From: Podarcis tiliguerta
Taxonomy: Eukaryota
Length of the DNA: 64,000 nucleotides
Assembly (NCBI GenBank): GCA_965153285.1
Contig: OZ229111.1
Direction: 5' to 3' (one strand)
Under the pieces are notes generated by a model that saw only the letters and a list, made by a program, of their open reading frames with translations, ran no database searches and was not told where the DNA came from. Shown here piece after piece: positions 60,891 to 64,000 of this stretch; position 1 is the first letter of the stretch; every line of letters begins with the position of its first letter. Position numbers and translations under genes: made by a program.

Positions 60891-63398
60891 CTATAGGGCT
60901 GATGAGCAAGAGGACCTCACTGCTGCCATTGCTATTAGATGGCCTCATGTTGCAGCAGAAAAAGACAAACACTACTTAGGGTGGAACTTCGTCTCTCATC
61001 CCAGCCAATAATTTGCTGAGAATGGGAGTGCTGAGACTAGTGGAACACTTACAGGAGAAGATCAGCAGAAGGGGGATGCTTAACTCATGCTGGCTACAAA
61101 GATTCCCACCCACCTCTGCCATTTCCACGCTAGCTGGGTTCATCTCCAGTTTTGGAATACAACTGCTTCTCTGGGGAGGGTTAGAAACTGCTTGTGTGAA
61201 TATTTTCAGGGGAGAATCAGTAGGCAGGCAAGCATTAACAGGAATCATGTCCAATTAATTTATTCTCTCCTGTGGGTGTTGCACATTTGTTGCAATACTT
61301 TTGCGAAGGAAACATTAGATTTGGAACCTTGTTAGTCAACATCTAGTTGCACAAGGGCCTACTTACATTATGCAATCTTTTGCCTTCTTTGATAATGCTC
61401 AGGTAACAGGTGGCCCGCTGATAATATCTCATCACCACTCTATCCCTTTCAGCTGCCATGATACACAATGCTATTAAAACTGTACAGATTTCATGGTCTC
61501 ATGGGTGTGGTATGACCAGGGCAACTTTGGCATTATTATTAGGTGAGCGGATCCTTTGATTGATCTGGGAAGAGGGAAGTTTCTCTCACTTTGTCCAGGA
61601 TGACACCAGCCATCATTTAACGTTAGATTATAATGCAAACCCAGGTCTAAATCCCAGCACCTGGCAATTGGAAAATGTACCACTGGGTAATGCCAGAACA
61701 CCATGTTTTACTGAAAGATAGATTATACTGACCTGAGCAGCATCAGTATGAAAAGCGCTAAGACAAGGGAAACAAGAGAAAAAGTATATCCCACAGTATA
61801 AATGTACAGGGTGGAGGTCCACAATGTTTGTTCTTCATCCTAAGAACAACAGAGACGCAAAGGAGTTAAATTGATGTAAAGTCTGGGAAAGAGATCATGC
61901 CAGGAGAGAAAATTCTGTAGAACAGCAATGAGAAATTTGTGGTCCTCCAAATTTTGTTGGACATCAACTTCCATCAGCCCCAGTCATATGGTCAGTGGCC
62001 AGGGATGATGGGTGTTGTAATTCAAAAACATCTGGAGGACTACAGGTTTCTCATCTCATCTGTAGAAGATCACCCTAGCACATAACTCAGGGCTCATTCA
62101 GACTTCATTTTGTGCCATGTTTTTAGGCACAGGTCCAGGCTTTAAAGCTCTGTGCCTAAGCATGGTGTGTGTTTTTTGTTTTTTGTTTGTCTTCGTGCTT
62201 TCTCCAGGAAAACCTGCATTTTACTGCTGAATCAGAGCCAATCGGCAATTGGGCTTTCCATGGATCTGCCTCAGATTGAATTGTATGTTCCCGGTAAGAT
62301 CCCCTTTTAAATCCATCCTAAAAGAATAAAGACACCACAGTCTTATTCATAAGTAACAAAAAGTAGTTTTACTTATGATCAGTGTGATCCCTGAAGGCAG
62401 GCTTTAGGCTTAAAGTTACAAACATATACAAACAGGTTTACCCCATAAGGGCAGCCAGCAGTTCAGTCCAGGAAGTTCGCAGGATGAAAGGAAGATGGAA
62501 AAGAGGGAGGGTGGCAGCATGCCTTGGCCTTTAACCAGGTCTGGAAAGGTCAATCCCACCCACTAATCACATGCAAGGAAGGATGCTCCAGCCAGGTGTA
62601 ACAGGAAGTTTGACTGGCTAGACCAACATCCCCTTGCATGTTCACTCTAGGAAAACAAGGAATGTTATATTTGACTGCTCCCAGTGGATTACATCCCACA
62701 TTCCACACTTACATTCTGTGAATTATTTTGGAAAATGTCCCAGATGTGCTCTATCTATGACCTAGATTAAAGGTTATACTCATTGTTTTGCAGAGTTCCA
62801 TATTATGTGCATGTAACTCCTATCCATATGTAACTAGTAGGTGGAAAGTGTGTGTGTTTTAAAAAAGCTAAATTCCTCATGAGAGTTCATTACATCTCAG
62901 AGTAGTTTTGTGTGGCTGGAATATTCATAGGTGCAGATTCCCATATGAATTTGTATGTACCATATGGAAGAAAAGGTGAAAGTGAAAATTATTGCTCATT
63001 ATATTTATATAGTGCCTCTCTCTTCTAATGGATTGACTCATTCTCCTCATATTTTTTAGAACCAGCTCAGCAGTCAGAAATCCAAGAAATGTTGGAGGGA
63101 AGAATGTGCTCAACCTAAGCATCCAGCCTGAGTTGACCCAATTCTCTCTTCTAAATAAACACACAGACTACCCATTTTCAGGTGAAGTACTCAGTGGAAA
63201 CAATTTGATCAAGAGGATTTCCAGAGGGGATTAAGCAGGTTACTGTATTAAACCATAAAAAGGCATCTCTACTCACTTTTCTTTCATAGTGGCTGTCCCC
63301 AGAACATTCAGTGCGGTTATCCCAGACCACAGTGGAGTTTTCAACTTTTTTCCAAATCCCTTGGTCCAAGCAGATTCTGTATACGTTTCTTGCACTTC
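51707..63398 (-). CDS. GLP2R: Glucagon-like peptide 2 receptor (class B1 GPCR), 5'-partial spliced CDS: complement(join(51707-52045,53408-53449,54796-54934,56586-56674,57602-57671,58531-58591,59128-59287,60292-60466,61733-61839,63277-63398))
   Basis: 10 GT-AG exons in consistent phase (1304 nt = 2 nt + 434 codons including TGA). Motifs [29 protein letters not shown]...[28 protein letters not shown]; GLP2R-type tail SEGEVTM..T.EE.FEESEI; tail-to-tail synteny with GAS7. Confidence 0.95.
52541..52771 (-). mobile_element. Tc1/mariner-type MITE, same family, inverted orientation, in the last GLP2R intron
   Basis: TA|CAGTGGTACCTCGGGTTA...AGAGGTACCACTG; body is the reverse complement of the 10911 copy. 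Confidence 0.9.
53408..53449 (-). CDS. GLP2R: GLP2R exon (TM7): [14 protein letters not shown]
   Basis: cccttccag| and |gtaaaa; the 42-nt exon typical of class B GPCRs. Confidence 0.96.
54796..54934 (-). CDS. GLP2R: GLP2R exon (TM6-ECL3-TM7): [46 protein letters not shown]
   Basis: atttttag| and |gtaagt; 139 nt. Confidence 0.96.
55091..55211. mobile_element. Degenerate hAT-type MITE; further decayed copies near 46960-47110 and 52190-52310
   Basis: CAGGGGTGG...CCACTCCTG ends and a decayed core. Confidence 0.65.
55378..55697 (+). mobile_element. Sauria SINE (Squam1 type), near full length, with a ~30-bp internal deletion relative to the 4177 copy
   Basis: Starts ggaacgcaggtggctctgtgggttaaacc, has a B-box, ends ggggtccctttacctt. 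Confidence 0.9.
56586..56674 (-). CDS. GLP2R: GLP2R exon (TM5-ICL3): [29 protein letters not shown](R)
   Basis: tctttgaag| and |gtaaat; 89 nt. Confidence 0.95.
56776..56866. repeat. Old palindromic interspersed repeat (caatcct..catgtttactcagaagtaagtcc..ggattgcagcc); other copies near 18487-18590, 38350-38432, 41725-41785 and 49600-49712
   Basis: Shared core tttactcagaagtaag and inverted ends across copies. Confidence 0.65.
57602..57671 (-). CDS. GLP2R: GLP2R exon (ECL2-TM5): [23 protein letters not shown]
   Basis: cttcctag| and |gtaagc; 70 nt. Confidence 0.95.
58531..58591 (-). CDS. GLP2R: GLP2R exon (TM4-ECL2): (G)[19 protein letters not shown](G)
   Basis: tttccccag| and |gtaagt; 61 nt. 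Confidence 0.94.
59128..59287 (-). CDS. GLP2R: GLP2R exon (TM3-ICL2-TM4): [53 protein letters not shown]
   Basis: tttccacag| and |gtaaat; 160 nt. Confidence 0.95.
60292..60466 (-). CDS. GLP2R: GLP2R exon (ICL1-TM2-ECL1): [58 protein letters not shown]
   Basis: ttccacag| and |gtacgg; 175 nt; lies inside ORF 60277-60489. Confidence 0.94.
60839..60885. repeat. (TG)n microsatellite
   Basis: ~23 perfect TG units. Confidence 0.98.
61733..61839 (-). CDS. GLP2R: GLP2R exon (TM1): [35 protein letters not shown](R)
   Basis: ttcttag| and |gtcagt; 107 nt. Confidence 0.94.
61923..62059. mobile_element. hAT-type palindromic MITE
   Basis: Perfect 8-bp TSD CTGTAGAA (61915-61922 and 62060-62067); same internal palindrome. 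Confidence 0.85.
62286..62707. mobile_element. Possible solo LTR in a GLP2R intron
   Basis: ~420 bp bounded by TG..CA, compositionally distinct, and interrupts an older repeat; no clear TSD. Confidence 0.4.
63277..63398 (-). CDS. GLP2R: GLP2R exon (C-terminal half of the extracellular domain): [40 protein letters not shown]
   Basis: catttag| and |gtgagt on the minus strand; 122 nt; class B YRxCxxxGxW...W....EC motif. Confidence 0.93.
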
Positions 63399-64000
63399 CT
63401 AAATGTAAACAGACGCAGGCTCAAAGGTCAAGCCACACATTTCATTTTTCAGACATGGTTTAGTGCCGTCGTCCTTTCATCACTTGCCTAGAGACCCCTG
63501 AAAATGGAGACTTGGCTGGATGTATGTGGCTCTTTGTAATGTCTGTTTATTTGGGAGGTAACTGTAGAAAGCTTAATATTTATCAATGGATTAACACTGT
63601 CAAATTCTCCTAATTCCTTGTTTCTAAAGCCCCTGTCAGTGCTTAAACCCAAGGGATAAGATTGTATTTCACTTAATTCCATCTTACATGCTTTCGATTA
63701 TTTGTGCTTGGGGTTGAGAAGCAGTCATTGATATTGTATAATTAACCAATTCAGGACTGCAGATTCCAAAGGGGGATTAAGTAAATCTGGCCACCTTCCC
63801 TCTTTCGTTCTTGTGTGATCTCATTGGCTCCTTTAAAGCTTGCTTGCTTCCTTGCCTCCCCATATTGTCTCCTCCTTACTACTGTAGGAGTCTGCTGACG
63901 AAATCATGTTTCGACCTTGGCTGTACATCATAATCCATACATCATACTATGTATGGAGTGTGGCAGAATTGGATTTCTGAGTATGTGTCAGGAGAGATTT

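Noticed and set aside
51707-63398. Alternative identity of the receptor as GLP1R, GCGR or GIPR, or a pseudogene
   Set aside because: The C-tail SEGEVTM...EESEI, the WWIIRGP and RDYK motifs, and synteny with GAS7 point to GLP2R; all ten exons are open and in phase.

Overview
Vertebrate genomic DNA from a squamate reptile, most likely a lacertid lizard, judged from the Sauria/Squam-type SINEs, CR1/L2/L1 fragments and squamate MITEs. The window holds two convergent, intron-containing genes. (1) The 3' part of GAS7 on the + strand: 12 coding exons from 3629 to 33548 covering the end of the WW domain, the linker and the F-BAR domain. There is also an intron-embedded alternative start at 12262 giving a 336-aa short isoform, and probably a ~9 kb 3'UTR ending near 42.7 kb. 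(2) The 3' part of GLP2R (class B GPCR) on the - strand: 10 coding exons from 63398 to 51707. All exon phases join into open frames with GT-AG junctions. The 5' exons of both genes lie outside the window. Most ORF-track entries are spurious intronic or repeat ORFs. I see no new multi-gene system. The most notable points are: no intact recoverin (RCVRN) gene between GAS7 and GLP2R, where mammals have one; an apparent stop-loss extension and a longer extracellular loop 1 in GLP2R; a short-isoform GAS7 promoter with ETS, NF-kB and CCAAT motifs; and several informative duplications and retroposition junctions. Comparisons with human proteins are from memory and need checking.
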